From NCBI GenBank assembly GCA_947482665.1, contig CANKJK010000012.1, forward strand, positions 1,114-65,113: 64,000 nt of DNA, given 5' to 3'. The translations under genes and the position numbers were made by a program. A model generated the notes under the pieces. It worked only from the letters and a program-made list of their open reading frames with translations. It did no database searches and was not told the origin of the DNA. The stretch comes from Acidobacteriota bacterium (GTDB lineage: Bacteria; Acidobacteriota; Vicinamibacteria; Vicinamibacterales; UBA2999). This document shows, one piece after another, positions 38,757 through 50,298 of the stretch (the stretch's first letter is position 1; every line of letters starts with the position of its first letter).

Positions 38757-41216
38757 ATGTTCACGCGCATGAGTTCATTCAGGTTTCTGACTGCCTTCGG
38801 TGTTCTGGCCGTTGCCGGCACCGTCTATCTTCAGGGTGCGCAGGCGCCGGTCGCGAAGACCGCCGCGCCAGCCGCCGTGCCCGCCAAGTCTGTCGCCCCG
38901 CCGGCGCCGGATCTGCCGGGTGTGGTCAACAAGTACTGCGTCGGGTGCCACAACGAGCGGATGAAGCTCGGCAACCTGGTGCTGGAGAAGAAGGACGCCT
39001 CGCAGATCGGCGCCGAGGCCGACATGTGGGAGCGCGTGGCCAAGAAGCTGCGGGCCCGCTCCATGCCGCCCATCAATTCGCCGCGGCCCGACAAGGACGT
39101 CCTGCAGGCCTTCGTGAACAATCTCGAGGCGACGCTCGACCACGCGGCCCTGGCTGACCCGAATCCCGGCCGCCCGCCCGTGCACCGTCTCAACCGCTTT
39201 GAGTTCACCAACGCCGTGCGGGACCTGCTTGGTCTTGAGATCGACGGCAAGGCCATGCTGCCGGCCGACGACACGGGGTTCGGCTTCGACAACATCGCGG
39301 ACGTGCTGACGGTGTCCCCGGGCTTGTTCGAGCGCTACATGCTGGCCGCGGCCAAGATCAGCCGGCTGGTGGTGGAAGACCCGACCATGCACCCGAAGCT
39401 CACCCAGTACGAGCTGCCGTACCTCTCGCTGGGCCAGGACGAGCGCATGAACGAAATGCTGCCGTTCGGCTCGCGTGGCGGCACGGCCATCAAGCACTAC
39501 TTCCCGCTCGATGGGGAGTATGAAATTCGCTTTACGCTGCAGCGCAGCGACCTCGCAGCCGGATACAGCGTCCGCGGTCTGAATGTGCCGGTCGAGATCG
39601 ATGTTCGCCTCGACAAGCAGCGGATCAAGCTCTACCAGATCGGCGGCAAGACCCAGCGGCCGATGTTCAGCGACAAGCCTGACCCGGAATATCCGGATGA
39701 GGGCCTCTCCCTGAAGGTAAACGTGACGGCCGGCATGCACGTGGTCGGCATCTCGCTCAACCAGGATGTGTGGAAGGCCGAGGGCACCAGCGTCGGCCAG
39801 CTCCCGCTGACCAACAACGGCTATTCGCAGGGCACCAACACCGGCCCGCAGTACGGTCGTGTGGACGCGGGCCTGGAGCGCGTGGACATTACCGGCCCGT
39901 TCGGGGGCAAGGCGCCTGTCGAGAGCGCCATCCAGAAGCGGATCTTCACTTGCACACCCGGCAAGGGCGTGACCGAAGATGCCTGTGCCCGCCAGATCCT
40001 CTCTCGTCTCGCGCGTCTGGCCTACCGCCGGCCCGTGGTTGAGAAGGACATGACGACCCTGTTGCAGTTCTACAAGCAGGGCCGGAAGGACGACGGGAAC
40101 TTCCGTGGCGGCATCCAGGCGGCCATCGGCCGTCTGCTCGTGGACCCGAACTTCCTGTTCCGCATGGAAGCCGACCCGGCGGGCGCGAAGCCCGGGGCGG
40201 CCTATCAGCTGGCCGACCTGGACCTGGCGTCGCGGCTCTCGTTCTTCCTCTGGAGCAGCATCCCCGACGATGAACTCCTGACGGTGGCGGCCCAGGGGCG
40301 CCTCAAGAATCCCGTGGTGCTTGAGCAGCAGGTCAAGCGCATGCTGGCCGACGACAAGGCCAACGCGATGCTCGACAACTTCTTCGGCCAGTGGCTGACG
40401 ACCAAGAACATCCAGTCGGCCCACCCGGACCCGAAGGTGTTCCCCGAGTTCGACGAGAATCTGCGCTCGGCGTTCATGGAAGAGACGAAGCTCTTCATCC
40501 GCAGCCAGGTGCGCGAGGACCGGAGCGCGGCCGAGCTGATCACCGCGAACTACACGTTCCTCAATGAGCGGCTCGCGCGGCACTACGGGATCCCCGGTGT
40601 CGTGGGCACGCACTTCCGCCGCGTGACGCTGCCTGATGACAAGCGCGCGGGTCTGCTCGGTCAGGGCAGCATCCTGACCGTGACCTCCTACAACGACCGC
40701 ACGTCCGTCGTGCTGCGCGGCAAGTTCATCATGGACATGTTCCTCGGCACGCAGCCGCCGGCACCGCCGGCCAATGTGCCGCCGCTCGAGAACACGAAGA
40801 TCGAAGGCACCCTGCGCCAGCGCATGGAGCTCCACCGCAAGAACCCCGTCTGCGCCGCGTGCCACAACACGATCGACCCGATGGGCTTCGCTTTCGAGAA
40901 CTTCGACGGCGTCGGCAAGTACCGCCTGCTCGATGCGCGGAACCCGATTAATGCCACGGGCGCCCTCGCGGACGGCTCCAAGTTCGATGGTGCCGCGTCC
41001 TTCCGCAAGGCGCTCTACGACCGCAAGGAAGCCTTCCTGGGCGCCATGGTCCGCAACATGCTGACCTACGGGATGGGCCGCGGTGTTGAGACGTATGACA
41101 TGCCGGCCGTCCGGAAGATTCTGAAGGACGCCAGCGCAAACGATTACAAGTGGTCTTCGATTCTGATGGGCATTGTGAAGAGCCGGCCCTTCCAGATGAA
41201 GAAGGCGCAGGCCTAG
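38757..41216 (+). CDS. DUF1592/DUF1587/DUF1595/DUF1588/DUF1585 multi-domain protein with N-terminal cytochrome-c-like CxxCH
   Basis: YCVGCHNERMKLGNL (PSCyt-type). HRLNRFEFTNAVRDLLG. ANYTFLNERLARHYGI. VCAACHNTIDPMGFAFENFDGVGKYR. Confidence 0.85.
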   Translation: MFTRMSSFRFLTAFGVLAVAGTVYLQGAQAPVAKTAAPAAVPAKSVAPPAPDLPGVVNKYCVGCHNERMKLGNLVLEKKDASQIGAEADMWERVAKKLRARSMPPINSPRPDKDVLQAFVNNLEATLDHAALADPNPGRPPVHRLNRFEFTNAVRDLLGLEIDGKAMLPADDTGFGFDNIADVLTVSPGLFERYMLAAAKISRLVVEDPTMHPKLTQYELPYLSLGQDERMNEMLPFGSRGGTAIKHYFPLDGEYEIRFTLQRSDLAAGYSVRGLNVPVEIDVRLDKQRIKLYQIGGKTQRPMFSDKPDPEYPDEGLSLKVNVTAGMHVVGISLNQDVWKAEGTSVGQLPLTNNGYSQGTNTGPQYGRVDAGLERVDITGPFGGKAPVESAIQKRIFTCTPGKGVTEDACARQILSRLARLAYRRPVVEKDMTTLLQFYKQGRKDDGNFRGGIQAAIGRLLVDPNFLFRMEADPAGAKPGAAYQLADLDLASRLSFFLWSSIPDDELLTVAAQGRLKNPVVLEQQVKRMLADDKANAMLDNFFGQWLTTKNIQSAHPDPKVFPEFDENLRSAFMEETKLFIRSQVREDRSAAELITANYTFLNERLARHYGIPGVVGTHFRRVTLPDDKRAGLLGQGSILTVTSYNDRTSVVLRGKFIMDMFLGTQPPAPPANVPPLENTKIEGTLRQRMELHRKNPVCAACHNTIDPMGFAFENFDGVGKYRLLDARNPINATGALADGSKFDGAASFRKALYDRKEAFLGAMVRNMLTYGMGRGVETYDMPAVRKILKDASANDYKWSSILMGIVKSRPFQMKKAQA

Positions 41217-41246
41217 ATTTTCATTTCCGCAGAGGAGACGTCAGTC

Positions 41247-42593
41247 ATGATCAATTTCAAGAAGCACATTGCCCGCCGGACGGTTCTGCGTGGCGCCGGC
41301 GCGACGCTGGCGTTGCCGCTGCTTGATGGCATGATCCCGGCCTTCGCGAACACCCGTGAAGCCGCAGTGGCGACGCCGGTCAAGCGGTTTGGCGCCATCC
41401 ACGTCGGCATGGGCAAGGACATGCGGACGTGGACGCAGGCGACCCCAGGCGAACTGAAGATCAACCAGATCCTGACGCCGCTGGCGGCCTACAAGGACCG
41501 GATGGTCGTCGTCGCCGGGCTCGACAGCAAGGAAGCCATCTCGAACGATCAGGGGCCGCACCCGCGCGCACAGTCCGCGTGGCTGACGGGTTGCCGAGCC
41601 AAGAAGACGGACGGCCCGGACATCCGCCTGGGTGTCTCGCTCGACCAGATCTTCGCCAAGGAATACGCCAAGCAGACCCAGCTCGGTTCGCTCGAGCTCA
41701 CGGTCGAGCCGACGGACCTGGCCGGAAGCTGCGCCTACGGCTTCAGCTGCGCCTACAACAACACGATCGCGTGGCGCACGCCGACGACCCCGCTGCCGAT
41801 GGAGAACAACCCGCGCAACGTGTTCGAGCGGTTGTTCGGCGCCAGCGACTCCACCGACAAGGCCGTGCAGGCCAAGATGCGCAAGGCCAATGGCAGCGTG
41901 CTCGACTCGCTCGTGGAGCAGGTCGGCGGCTTCAACAAGGGTCTCGGCGCGAGCGACAAGCGCAAGCTTGAAGAGTACCTGGATGCCGTGCGCGACTCCG
42001 AGCGGCGCATCAAGAAGGCCGAAGAGCAGTCCGACAAGGAACTGCCGCTGGTCGAGCAGCCCACCGGAATCCCGGCTGGCTACGAAGACTACGTGCACCT
42101 GATGCTGGACCTCCAGTTGCTGGCGTTCCAGACGGACCTGACCCGCGTGTTCACCTTCGTGCTCGTGCGCGAGTCCAGCGTCCGCTCGTATCCCGAGGTC
42201 GGCGTGCCGGATTCGCACCACCCGCTCTCGCACCACCAGAACAACGCCGAGAAGCTGGCGCGTCTGGCGAAGGTCAATACCTTCCACGTGAAGCAGGTCG
42301 CCTACCTGGTGGGCAAGCTCGCCAACACGAAGGACGGCGACGGCTCGATGCTGGACAACACGATGGTGCTGTATGGCTCGGGCATGAGCGACAGCAACCT
42401 GCACATTCCGACGAACGTGCCGACCCTGCTGGTGTCTGGCAAGAGCTTCGGGGTGAAGGGGAACCGCTATATCCAGGCCGAGGAGCGCACGCCGCTGGCG
42501 AACCTCCAGATGAGCATCCTGGAGCGCTATGGCCTGCCGATGGAGAAGTTCGGCGACAGCAACGGGGAACTGAAGACGCTGACCGCCATCTAG
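41247..42593 (+). CDS. DUF1552 family protein (Tat-like signal)
   Basis: ARRTVLRGAGATLALPLLDGM N-terminus. It follows the DUF1592 gene by 30 nt, which is the usual pairing for these families. Confidence 0.8.
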   Translation: MINFKKHIARRTVLRGAGATLALPLLDGMIPAFANTREAAVATPVKRFGAIHVGMGKDMRTWTQATPGELKINQILTPLAAYKDRMVVVAGLDSKEAISNDQGPHPRAQSAWLTGCRAKKTDGPDIRLGVSLDQIFAKEYAKQTQLGSLELTVEPTDLAGSCAYGFSCAYNNTIAWRTPTTPLPMENNPRNVFERLFGASDSTDKAVQAKMRKANGSVLDSLVEQVGGFNKGLGASDKRKLEEYLDAVRDSERRIKKAEEQSDKELPLVEQPTGIPAGYEDYVHLMLDLQLLAFQTDLTRVFTFVLVRESSVRSYPEVGVPDSHHPLSHHQNNAEKLARLAKVNTFHVKQVAYLVGKLANTKDGDGSMLDNTMVLYGSGMSDSNLHIPTNVPTLLVSGKSFGVKGNRYIQAEERTPLANLQMSILERYGLPMEKFGDSNGELKTLTAI

Positions 42594-42621
42594 TTCCCGG
42601 CGGACTTCGGAAGGTTGATCA

Positions 42622-42660
42622 GGGCGTGCCGTCCACCAGGACGGCGCGCCCTTCGTCTTT
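42622..42660 (+). terminator. rho-independent terminator after the DUF1552 gene
   Basis: GGGCGTGCCGTCC-ACCA-GGACGGCGCGCCC (13 bp with one G-U pair) followed by TTCGTCTTT. It starts 29 nt after the stop at 42593. Confidence 0.6.
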
Positions 42661-42671
42661 GATGGGGCCTC

Positions 42672-43355
42672 TTAGGCGCCGCCCTTGATGTGCTTGACGC
42701 CCTTGAGGGCGACTGGCGCCGTCTTGAAATCCTCGAGCCGCACGCTCTTCACGTCACCGTCGGCGATGACTTTCCCGGCGAGGGAGGTCTTCCCGGCCGG
42801 AGCAGCGGCTGCCACGCTCAGCTCCACGACCGCATACGGATACTTGGCCGGTGCTGCCGTGGCGCCAGGCTTGTTCACCCACGTCGCCAGATCCGAGTCC
42901 GTCACGATCACGACGTGCTCGCCATCGGCGGCCTTGAATTTCGTGGCGTACCGCACAAACGCGCCGAAGCCGCTGCCGCTGCGCCACATGTAGCCGAGAC
43001 TGGGTGCCTGGCCGAGGGCGGATGCGAACTCCTTGTCGCCTTTGTCCTTCAGCGTCGCGACGAGCTTGTCGCGCTCGGCATCAGTCGACCAGCGGATCAG
43101 GTCGATGATCACCGTCTCGCCGTCAATGCCTGGGAGATTCGCCGCGACTCCGCCAAAGCGGTCAGCCGTGCCCTTGCCTGGGGCGTCGAGTGCGACGGCC
43201 TTCGCCGCAGGCGCGGCGGCAGTCGCCGCCGGCGTGGCTGGCTTCGGGGCGGCCGGCGTGGCCGCACCCGTCTGTGCGAGTAGGGGAACGAAAGAAGAGC
43301 AGCCGATGGTCAATGCCAGGGCCGCACGGCGTGCATACGAGCGGGTCAAAGACAT
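42672..43355 (-). CDS. lipoprotein of unknown function
   Basis: GGAGGA precedes the ATG at 43355. Lipobox LTIGCSS. A Pro/Ala-rich linker is followed by a globular domain. Confidence 0.55.
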   Translation of the reverse strand: MSLTRSYARRAALALTIGCSSFVPLLAQTGAATPAAPKPATPAATAAAPAAKAVALDAPGKGTADRFGGVAANLPGIDGETVIIDLIRWSTDAERDKLVATLKDKGDKEFASALGQAPSLGYMWRSGSGFGAFVRYATKFKAADGEHVVIVTDSDLATWVNKPGATAAPAKYPYAVVELSVAAAAPAGKTSLAGKVIADGDVKSVRLEDFKTAPVALKGVKHIKGGA

Positions 43356-43448
43356 TCTTCTCCTCCTGAAAGCGTCCAACGATGCATGTTTAGCACAGTC
43401 CATTGGACCCGCGCACGCCTCGTTCGCTCACCGGGGACTCGTCGATAA

Positions 43449-43907
43449 TTGCAGCTGATGAACCACGACGACTGGATGCGCGAAGCCCTGGCGGAGGCGG
43501 CCACGGCCTATGCCGCGGGAGAGGTCCCGGTGGGCGCGGTCGTGGTCATGGACGGTCGCGTCGTCGGGCGCGGCTCCAACCGTCCGTTGGCGACATCGGA
43601 CCCCACGGCGCATGCCGAGATTGTGGCCGTGCGCGCGGCGGCGGCCGCCGTCGGGAACTACCGCCTCACCGGTTCGACGCTGTACGTCACGGTCGAGCCG
43701 TGCCTGATGTGCGTCGGAGCGCTGGTCCACGCACGGGTCGAGACGGTGGTCTTTGGCGCGCCCGAGCCCAAGAGCGGCGCGTTGATCTCCGCGGCACGTG
43801 CGCTGGAACTGCCAGGCTTGAATCACCGGTTCGTGGTCGTGGGGGGCGTGCTCTCGCAGGAGTGCGGGGACCTCATGCGCGGGTTCTTCCGTGAACGCCG
43901 GGTATAA
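43449..43907 (+). CDS. tadA: tRNA adenosine(34) deaminase
   Basis: VPVGAVVV...HAEIVAVRAAA...YRLTGSTLYVTVEPCLMCVGALVHARVETVVFGA contains the HAE and PCxxC zinc motifs of TadA. Confidence 0.9.
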   Translation: MQLMNHDDWMREALAEAATAYAAGEVPVGAVVVMDGRVVGRGSNRPLATSDPTAHAEIVAVRAAAAAVGNYRLTGSTLYVTVEPCLMCVGALVHARVETVVFGAPEPKSGALISAARALELPGLNHRFVVVGGVLSQECGDLMRGFFRERRV

Positions 43908-43919
43908 TAATCAGACTGC

Positions 43920-44010
43920 GGAGAGGTACCGAAGTGGTCGTAACGGGGGCGCCTCGAAAGCGTCTTGCCGGGTAACCGGCACGGGGGTTCGAATCCCTCC
44001 CTCTCCGCCA
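43920..44010 (+). tRNA. tRNA-Ser (anticodon CGA)
   Basis: Acceptor GGAGAGG/CCTCTCC. Anticodon stem GGCGC/GCGTC with loop CTCGAAA. Long variable arm GCCGG-GTAA-CCGGC. T-loop GGTTCGAATCC. The 3' CCA is encoded. Confidence 0.9.
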
Positions 44011-44049
44011 TCTCTTCCCGCACGTCCAGACCGTGCGCGCGTCATGTAA

Positions 44050-44080
44050 GGGTGCAGCCCATTGGGCCGCACCCTTTTTT
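44050..44080 (+). terminator. rho-independent terminator after tRNA-Ser
   Basis: GGGTGCAGCCC-ATT-GGGCCGCACCC (one mismatch) followed by TTTTTT. Confidence 0.7.
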
Positions 44081-44144
44081 CGTTCTGGCCGGTGCACCAC
44101 CCGCCCTGCGACGGACCGACATCGCGCCGTCGTGGAGACGGGGC

Positions 44145-44666
44145 CTATTCAGCGCTTCGCGTGATCGTCACCGTCCGGATGACGACATCCTTCAGGGGGC
44201 GGTCCCGACCGTCGGTGGCGACGCGGCCGATCTGGCGGATCACGTCCATGCCCTCCACGACCTCCCCGAAGACCGAGTGCCGGTTGTCCAGGTGGGGGGT
44301 GGGAGCCAGCGTGATGAAGAACTGGCTGCCGTTGGTGTTCGGCCCGCGATTGGCCATGGAGAGAATCCCCGCCTTGTCGTGTCGGAGACCGTGCTTGAAC
44401 TCATCGGCGAACTCGTACCCAGGCCCGCCCACGCCCTGTCCGAGGGGGTCGCCGCCCTGAATCATGAAGCCCTCAATGATCCGGTGGAAGATCTGGTCGT
44501 TGTAATAGGGCGCGGTCGTCTTCTGACGCGTCCGGGGATCGGTGAACTCCTTGGTGCCTTCAGCCAGCCCCACGAAGTTGGCCACGGTATTCGGGACGTC
44601 GTCCGCGAACAGACGGACGGTGAACGAGCCTTCGGATGTGTCGAACAGAGCGAAAACGTCAGCCAA
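44145..44666 (-). CDS. peptidyl-prolyl cis-trans isomerase (cyclophilin type)
   Basis: FHRIIEGFMIQGGDP...GYEFADEF...GILSMANRGPNTNGSQFFIT...HSVFGEVVEGMDVI. I propose a TTG start at 44666 preceded by GGAG. The longer listed ORF overlaps the next gene. Confidence 0.85.
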   Translation of the reverse strand: MADVFALFDTSEGSFTVRLFADDVPNTVANFVGLAEGTKEFTDPRTRQKTTAPYYNDQIFHRIIEGFMIQGGDPLGQGVGGPGYEFADEFKHGLRHDKAGILSMANRGPNTNGSQFFITLAPTPHLDNRHSVFGEVVEGMDVIRQIGRVATDGRDRPLKDVVIRTVTITRSAE

Positions 44667-44719
44667 CGGAATCTCCAGAGTGGGGGCCGGTCCGACCCGG
44701 CCTTGGCAGCATAACCCGT

Positions 44720-45523
44720 TCAGCCCACGGCCTGGCGGATCTCGTAGAGGGCGATCGCCGCAGCCGTGGCGACGTTGAGCGAGTCGGTGCCTGGTGCCAT
44801 GGGGATCCGGACCTGCATGGTGGCACCGGCGAGTGCGTCCGGCGAGAGGCCGGCGCCTTCGTGGCCCAGCACCAGCACCACGGGCCCGCCGCCGATGGCC
44901 GCCCGTGCCTCCCGCAGCGGGGTCGCCCCGGGTTGCAGGGTCAGCGCGGCCACCGTACATCCGCGCTCGCGCAACTGGTGGAGCGTGGCGGGAAGCGCGT
45001 CGACGCGCGCATACGGCACCTGCAGCGCTGCCCCCATCGAGGTCCGGATGGCTTTGCGATAGAGCGGGTCCGCGCAACCCGCTGACAGCAGGATGCCGGT
45101 GGCGCCGAACGCCGCCGCGTGCCGGAAGATGCTCCCGACGTTGTCCGGGTCGGCCACGCCCTCAAGCGCCAGCAGCACACCGCCTGGTCTCGAGACGTCC
45201 TGCCAGGGCAGCTCGCTGCCCCGCTCGGCTACCGCGAGGCACCCGCGGTGCACGTGAAACCCCGCCACGGCGGAGAAGTCCTCGGCCGGCAGCACAAAAC
45301 AGGGTAGGTCTGGATACCCACGGATCACATCCGCGAGGTCCGCAGCCGCCGGTGGGGAGACGAGCAGGGAGCGAGGCGTGAAGCGGCCGCCGTCGAGCAA
45401 CCGTCTGACGACGAACCGGCCCTCGGCGATGAAGAGCCCTTCGACGCGCAGGAGCTCAGCGTCGCGGACGTGGCGATAGACCGTCAGCCGCGGGTCATCG
45501 GGGCTGACGAGGACAACGGGCAC
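44720..45523 (-). CDS. TrmH/SpoU-family RNA 2'-O-methyltransferase
   Basis: LLALEGVADPDNVGSIFRHAAAFGATGILL...VLGHEGAGLS...IPMAPGTDSLNVATAAAIALYE are SpoU motifs. Confidence 0.85.
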   Translation of the reverse strand: MPVVLVSPDDPRLTVYRHVRDAELLRVEGLFIAEGRFVVRRLLDGGRFTPRSLLVSPPAAADLADVIRGYPDLPCFVLPAEDFSAVAGFHVHRGCLAVAERGSELPWQDVSRPGGVLLALEGVADPDNVGSIFRHAAAFGATGILLSAGCADPLYRKAIRTSMGAALQVPYARVDALPATLHQLRERGCTVAALTLQPGATPLREARAAIGGGPVVLVLGHEGAGLSPDALAGATMQVRIPMAPGTDSLNVATAAAIALYEIRQAVG

Positions 45524-45544
45524 GGAGCGCAGCCGATGGAGGAA

Positions 45545-46390
45545 TCAGCCGAGGACGGTGTAGGCCGACCACGCGATGGCGGCGACCGACGCCAGCAGGC
45601 AGGCGATCGCAATGGCGAGGTGGTCGATGCGTTCCGGCGTGAGCGGGTCCAGCAGGCGGGCAATCAGATACCCGCCGGCGAAGCCGCCCGCGTGCGCGTA
45701 GTTGTCGATGCCGGGCATGACGAGACCGAAGAGGCCCATCGTCAGCGCCCATGAGACGGCCTGGCCATGCACGGCGGAACTGCCCGTGCGCCGGCCGTAA
45801 TAGACGAGGGCGCCGAGCAGGCCAAAGATGGAGGCGGAGGCCCCAACCGTGAACTGCCCACCGCGCAGAATGAACAGGTTCGGGAGGTAGGCGCCGGCGA
45901 ACGAGCTGAGCGCGAAGCCGGCCACGCCCGCAGCCGTGTAGATGATCACCGTCCGCCCGGGGCCGTACAGTTCGGCGGTTGCCGGCGCGAGCTGTCGCAC
46001 CCACATCAGGTTGAAGAAGATGTGGAGCACGCCGCCATGGAGCCACGACGCGGAGAGCACCGTCCACCAGCGGCCGAGGCGGAAGACGGGCAGCGCCCCG
46101 CTCGCTCCCAGCGTGAAGAGCGCCTCGCTGTTCGGAGAGAACAGGCTGAAGAGCCCTCCCATGCCGATGTCGCCCCGCGAGAGCAGGAGGCTGGCGCCAA
46201 AGGCAAGAATCGTCGCGCCCATGATGAAGGGCACGAAGCCGAGATCGCGCCCGAGGTTGCGGAGCGCCGGCGCGAATCCCCAGAGGCCCGGATTACGCCG
46301 GCCGCAGTTGTAGCAGGTCGCATCGGCGACGCCCACGAGGACGCCGCACGAGGTACAGAGGACGGAGCCGGAGCGTTGGCGGGCGAACAC
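45545..46390 (-). CDS. rhomboid-family intramembrane serine protease with N-terminal zinc ribbon
   Basis: CTSCG...CYNCG. WLHGGVLHIFFNLMW and GASASIFGLLGA (GxSG) motifs. Multiple TM helices. Confidence 0.8.
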   Translation of the reverse strand: MFARQRSGSVLCTSCGVLVGVADATCYNCGRRNPGLWGFAPALRNLGRDLGFVPFIMGATILAFGASLLLSRGDIGMGGLFSLFSPNSEALFTLGASGALPVFRLGRWWTVLSASWLHGGVLHIFFNLMWVRQLAPATAELYGPGRTVIIYTAAGVAGFALSSFAGAYLPNLFILRGGQFTVGASASIFGLLGALVYYGRRTGSSAVHGQAVSWALTMGLFGLVMPGIDNYAHAGGFAGGYLIARLLDPLTPERIDHLAIAIACLLASVAAIAWSAYTVLG

Positions 46391-46391
46391 G

Positions 46392-48065
<1,674 letters not shown>

Positions 48066-48066
48066 G

Positions 48067-49257
48067 CTAGCGCCCCCCTGTGGGTGCGGGTGCGGGGCGA
48101 CGCACCGTGCGGATCGGGTAGCTGCCGAGGACCTTGAGCGAGATCACGTGCGCCGTGAGCTCCTTGAGTGCGTCCTCGACGTCGGGCGACTTGAGGTTGC
48201 CCTCAAAGTCCACGTAGAACACGTACTCCCACGGCGCCCCCGGCCGCGGCCGCGATTCGAGCTTGGTGAGATTCAGTCCCTTGTGTGCGAGCACGTTCAG
48301 GCAGCCGACCAGCGCACCCTGTTCATGCCGCGTCACGAAGATGAGCGACGTCTTGGAGGCGACCCGCGTATCGCAGGGGAGGTGCTGCGCGCCGACGACC
48401 ACGAACCGCGTGAAGTTCTCCTTCTGGTCGTTGATGTTGCGCGCGATGATCGTGAGTCCCCAGATCCGCGCCGCTTCCTCGCTGCCGATTGCGGCCTCGG
48501 TGGGGTCGTTGTCGTCGCGCACCTTGCGCGCCGCCATCGCCGTGTTCGAGAACGCCTCGACGCGGGCATGGGGCAGCCCCGCGAGGAAGATCGAGCACTG
48601 GGCGATCGGGTTCGGGTGGGTGAGGATCCGCCGGATGCTCTCGACGGGGACGTTGCCCACGGCCATCAGGCAGTTGTCGACCGGCTGGATCTCCTCGCCC
48701 ACCAGGGCCAGGTCCATCTGCGCAAGCAGGTCGTAGTTCTCGTAGACCGGTCCGGCCGTCGAGTTCTCGATCGGGATCATCCCGAAGTGGGCCACCCCGC
48801 TCTTGACCGCCTCCATCACCGCCTTGAAGGTGGGGAATGGGCGGTATTCCACGTTCGGGCCACGGGTGCTGAAGTGGCGCTGGGCGGCCAGGTGCCCCCA
48901 GGCGCCCTCGACGCCCGCATACCCGACCACCGTCGGCTGGTCCGGCCCTCGCTCGCGCGCGAGCAGGTGATCCTGCTGGCGGCGGACGGAGTAGTCGAGG
49001 ATCTCGCGGAAGAGGCGCGTGACGAAGTGCGGGTCGAGCCGCAGGTCCCGCGCGCGCATCGCGACGCGGTCGAGCAGCTGCGCCTCGCGGGCTTCATCGC
49101 GGATCTGGTCCGTCTGGGTTTCCTTGAACGCCGCGATGACGCCGATCACGCGGAGACGGTCGGCCAGGGCCTCCACGATGCGCGCATCGATAGCGTCGAG
49201 TTCGGAGCGCAACTGCGTGAGCTGGGCGTCCCGCCCGGCCTTGACGTCGTCTGCCAT
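48067..49257 (-). CDS. pheA: bifunctional chorismate mutase / prephenate dehydratase
   Basis: N-terminal CM_2 helix region ([19 protein letters not shown]). PDT domain ([16 protein letters not shown]...IENSTAGPV...NFTRF). C-terminal ACT (TSLIF...[24 protein letters not shown]). Confidence 0.9.
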   Translation of the reverse strand: MADDVKAGRDAQLTQLRSELDAIDARIVEALADRLRVIGVIAAFKETQTDQIRDEAREAQLLDRVAMRARDLRLDPHFVTRLFREILDYSVRRQQDHLLARERGPDQPTVVGYAGVEGAWGHLAAQRHFSTRGPNVEYRPFPTFKAVMEAVKSGVAHFGMIPIENSTAGPVYENYDLLAQMDLALVGEEIQPVDNCLMAVGNVPVESIRRILTHPNPIAQCSIFLAGLPHARVEAFSNTAMAARKVRDDNDPTEAAIGSEEAARIWGLTIIARNINDQKENFTRFVVVGAQHLPCDTRVASKTSLIFVTRHEQGALVGCLNVLAHKGLNLTKLESRPRPGAPWEYVFYVDFEGNLKSPDVEDALKELTAHVISLKVLGSYPIRTVRRPAPAPTGGR

Positions 49258-49269
49258 GTCTCTGTCCGC

Positions 49270-50289
49270 CTACTGCTGTTCGTCCGGCGTCACGGTCACC
49301 GGGTCGAGGAAGGGCATCATGGCCCGGAGTTCCGCGCCGACCTTCTCGATGGGCTGGCGCTGCTCTTCCTGCCGCCGGGCGTTGAACCACGGCCGGCCCT
49401 TCTTGTTTTCGTCAATCCACTGCTGCGCGTAGCGGCCCGACACGATGTCGTCGAGCATGCGCTTCATTTCGGCGCGCGTGGCGTCGGTCACGATGCGGGG
49501 GCCGCCCGTGTAGTCGCCGTACTCGGCTGTGTCACTCACCGAGTAGCGCATGTAGTTGAGACCACCGCGGTACATCAGGTCCACGATGAGCTTCAGCTCG
49601 TGCATGCACTCGAAGTAGGCGATCTCGGGCTGGTAGCCCGCGTCGGTGAGCGTCTTGAAGCCGGCCTTGACCAGTTCGCTCACGCCGCCGCACAGGACGG
49701 CCGACTCCCCGAAGAGGTCGGTTTCCGTCTCCTCGGCGAAGGTCGTTTCGATGACGCCCGCGCGAGTGGCGCCGATGCCCATCGCATAGGAGAGCGCCAG
49801 CGCACGCGCGTGTCCCGTGGCGTCCTGGTGAATCGCCAGCAGCGCCGGAATGCCGCCGCCCTCGCGGAAGACCTCGCGCACACGGTGGCCTGGTCCCTTG
49901 GGCGCCACCATCGTGACGTCGACGTCCGCGGGCGGCACGATGCAGTTGAAGCGGATGTTGAAGCCGTGCGCGAACATCAGCATCTTGCCGGCCGTCAGCG
50001 CGGGCTTGATGTCGCGCTCGTAGACCTCGGCCTGGCGCGTGTCCGGCACGAGCAGCATCAGGACGTCCGCCCAGGCGGCGACCTCGGGAATCGTGCCGAC
50101 GACGAGGCCCGCGGCCTGCGCCTTGGCGATGGACTTGCTCGTCGCGGGGAGGCCGACACGCACCTCCACGCCGCTTTCCTTGAGGTTGAGCGCGTGGGCG
50201 TGGCCCTGTGAGCCGTAGCCGATGATGCCGACCTTCTTCGCCTGGATGAGGGCGAGACTCGTGTCAGCGTCGTGATACATGCGTGCCAT
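49270..50289 (-). CDS. ilvC: ketol-acid reductoisomerase
   Basis: [26 protein letters not shown]...MFAHGFNI...[11 protein letters not shown]. Confidence 0.95.
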   Translation of the reverse strand: MARMYHDADTSLALIQAKKVGIIGYGSQGHAHALNLKESGVEVRVGLPATSKSIAKAQAAGLVVGTIPEVAAWADVLMLLVPDTRQAEVYERDIKPALTAGKMLMFAHGFNIRFNCIVPPADVDVTMVAPKGPGHRVREVFREGGGIPALLAIHQDATGHARALALSYAMGIGATRAGVIETTFAEETETDLFGESAVLCGGVSELVKAGFKTLTDAGYQPEIAYFECMHELKLIVDLMYRGGLNYMRYSVSDTAEYGDYTGGPRIVTDATRAEMKRMLDDIVSGRYAQQWIDENKKGRPWFNARRQEEQRQPIEKVGAELRAMMPFLDPVTVTPDEQQ

Positions 50290-50298
50290 CTGAGGTTC

